Source: Nemertoderma westbladi (lineage: Eukaryota; Animalia; Xenacoelomorpha). From it: a DNA stretch of 64,000 nt. This document shows, in pieces, positions 61,669-64,000 of this stretch. The DNA is taken from contig JAUCBJ010007962.1 of assembly GCA_032718475.1 (NCBI GenBank), positions 7,400 through 71,399 on the forward strand. The letters are read 5' to 3'. Numbering within the stretch: the first letter of the stretch is position 1; each line of letters opens with the position of its first letter. The notes beneath the pieces were generated by a model. The model was not told where the DNA came from. It ran no database searches and worked only from the letters and a program-made list of their open reading frames with translations. A program made the position numbers and the translations under genes.

Positions 61669-64000
61669 ATGAGCGATCAGGAGACCCGAGATCCACAGGG
61701 AGAAAGGACGCCGCCGCGGACCCCGGACGACACCAACCAAACGATCCGTGAGGCCTCGACGCGACGGTATCAGCCTGCCACGCCAGATTCACCAACGAGA
61801 GACGATCTGGCTGCCCAAGCAGAGGGCGGCCGTCAACCACGAGGGAGAGACGAGTCGACGCACGACGGCGGTCGGAGTACCAAAGTCGCCGGCCAGCCAC
61901 AGGCTGAGGGCAACGGACGGCCCACAAGAATGGCGACGGTGGGGCTGCCGGTACGACGCCGGACGAGGAGAGGAGGCGGAGTCGGTGAAGAGGACGTCGG
62001 GACGAGTGATCGGCTACGATGGGCCTACAATGCCACCAAGAAACTGCTTAAGGAGGCCAAGGAAGGGAGAAAGGTAGACCAGCCTAAACTACATCAGAGG
62101 CTAGGTGAGTCAAATAAACATTTTCAATATTTAGTCCATTTTGGACAGGGTGAACTGGCGAGTGAGAGAGTGAGGGGGGTCGCCACGGAACTGTTTGAAT
62201 TGTGGCGGCCTGGAGTAAAGGAGCCTGAGGTAGTGTACGTAGGGCCTTACTTAGTGGATGCTAGAGGAATTAAGTTAGTGGGTTGGGCGGACCCGCACGA
62301 CGGCGAACCCGAGGTTAACCCCAAGGATTCGGTGTCGTTGGTTAGCAAAAACCCCAGAAAGCAGGGGAAAGTTAGTAGGACAGAGAGGCGACGGGAGTCC
62401 GTCACGACCGATAAGTCCGCTACAGCAAGAAGGGTGTTAGAGATAGATCTGGCGTATCAACTAGACCTTGTAGTGCTGGATCAGCAAGAGCTAGAGAGGC
62501 AACTGGACGAGGGAACCGCATTATTAGAGAAAGAGAGAGAGTTAGCGAGAGAGTGTAGAGAGAGGGCCGAGAGGGTGGCGAGAAACTGTAGGGAGCGGGA
62601 AGAGAGATAGATAAACGAGCGCGAGGAGCGGGAAGTGAGAATAGAGAACGAGCGCAAAGAGCGGGAGGCGAGAATGGAGAATGAGCACAACGAGCGAGAG
62701 GCAAGAGAAGTGAACGAGCATAGAGAGCGAGAAGCGAGAGAGGCAGCGAGGGTAGAGAGAGAAACGAATGAGTGTAGAGAGCGGGAGCCGAGAGAGGCAG
62801 AATTAGCCAACCAGAGTTTGAGAGAGGACAGAGAGAGAGAGAGAGAGAGAGAGAGCAGGAAAGCATATGCGGGATGATATGCATAACCAGCTGATGGGGC
62901 TTTTGCAATACCGGGCAAAGTAAAAGCGCCGGTTAGAACTAGCAAAGTTGGGATTATCGGAGAGTGAGGCTGGTTCGGGTAGTGTTTACGAGGAGCCAGA
63001 AGTAATGGAAACGTTTGTTAATACCCCACTTACAGGCACCGGATGACAGACCCAAGACTGGTGTAACCATACGGGCGGGGGGAGGGGGGGGGGGGGGTAT
63101 TAATAATACATTAGAAGGAATTAATATTAATAGTACCGTAGTAGACAACCCTAATCAAACCTTTGTTGCAGGAAATTATATTTTACCTGGTAATAACAAT
63201 TTTGACTTAAATGTGCAAAATAATCCAAATAATAATATTAATTTAAATGTACAAAATATTCCAAATAATAATACTAATTTAAACGTACAAAATAATCCAA
63301 ATAATATTACTACTTTGAATGTACAAAATAATTCAAATAATAATTTCAATTTAAACACACAAAATAATTCAAATAATAATTCTAATTTAAAATTGCAAAG
63401 TAATCCAAATAATAACCCTAATTCCGAACAAGATAATTTAAATAATTTAGATAATAATATTATTGATAACGGTGCTATTAATACGAACGTAGGGGATACA
63501 GGTGGTCCGACCAGAGGGAGCCTGCAAGGCCACGTAGTTACGCAGGGAGTAGCGGGGGTGAGTCAACCCGACGGGAGCCTGCAAGGCCACGTAGTTAGGT
63601 AGGGAGTAGCGGGGGTAAGTCAACCCGACGGGAAGCCTGCACCGTGAGCGGGCGAGCGACAAGATGTCGAGCCCAGTCGGAAGACGGAAGAAGAACAGTG
63701 GAGTTTATCCGGGAGGTCAAAGAGAGATCTCACAAAGGGGATTGCTACACTGAAGAGAGAAGAAGTGAAGAGAATAGAAGAAGCATTGCTACGAGCAACC
63801 GGAGAGCAAGGATGGACAGTGAACCGTCGGTAGTAGAGATGGAGTTAGAGAGTCAGTGGGGTCGAACTCCGGGAGATTGCCGTCACCCCGGAGAGACGCA
63901 GCCTGGTGAGATATACCACACACCAGGAGAAGGGTACAGAATGTACCGGTACCAGAACGAGAACAGGAGAGGGGATCGAAGAGAAACTTCCCGACAGGAT
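61669..64000 (+). pseudogene. gag: Element 4 gag N-terminal region, disrupted; ER-rich coiled coil and Asn-rich repeat
   Basis: Homologous to element 3 gag (ESNKHF.YLVHFGQGELA, YVGPYLVDARGIKLVGW). Confidence 0.85.

Larger units (their letters stand above)
60544..64000 (+). mobile_element. BEL/Pao 'element 4' (element 3 family), rearranged 5' end, runs off the window
   Basis: 75-bp LTR start 60544-60618, short internal piece, G-rich PPT, full LTR, gag. Confidence 0.85.

Overview
AT-rich, transposon-saturated animal (probably invertebrate) genomic DNA, not prokaryotic. Bases 1-36.5 kb are three BEL/Pao LTR retrotransposons that appear nested. Element 1 (+, non-autonomous, near-identical LTRs) is inserted in the gag of element 2 (+), which appears inserted in the 3' region of element 3 (-). 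A fourth element related to element 3 starts at 60544. Between them lie decayed RTE and CRE-like LINEs, tRNA-derived SINE heads, a foldback MITE, two opposed remnants of a HEEAD/CXC element, one probable DEG/ENaC channel exon and a 10.6-kb nest of non-autonomous Helitrons dense in RFX X-box palindromes. Two observations stand out. (1) None of the three inspectable gag-proximal LTRs is followed by a tRNA primer-binding site. Each is followed, with zero spacer, by the exact complement of a segment inside its own LTR, with compensatory changes between elements, which suggests tRNA-independent self-priming in BEL/Pao. (2) Elements 1 and 2 carry a homologous extra ORF after pol (triple CCHC knuckle plus basic tail), fused in element 2 to an RNase D/WRN-like DEDDy exonuclease. 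All calls were made by eye, without database searches.
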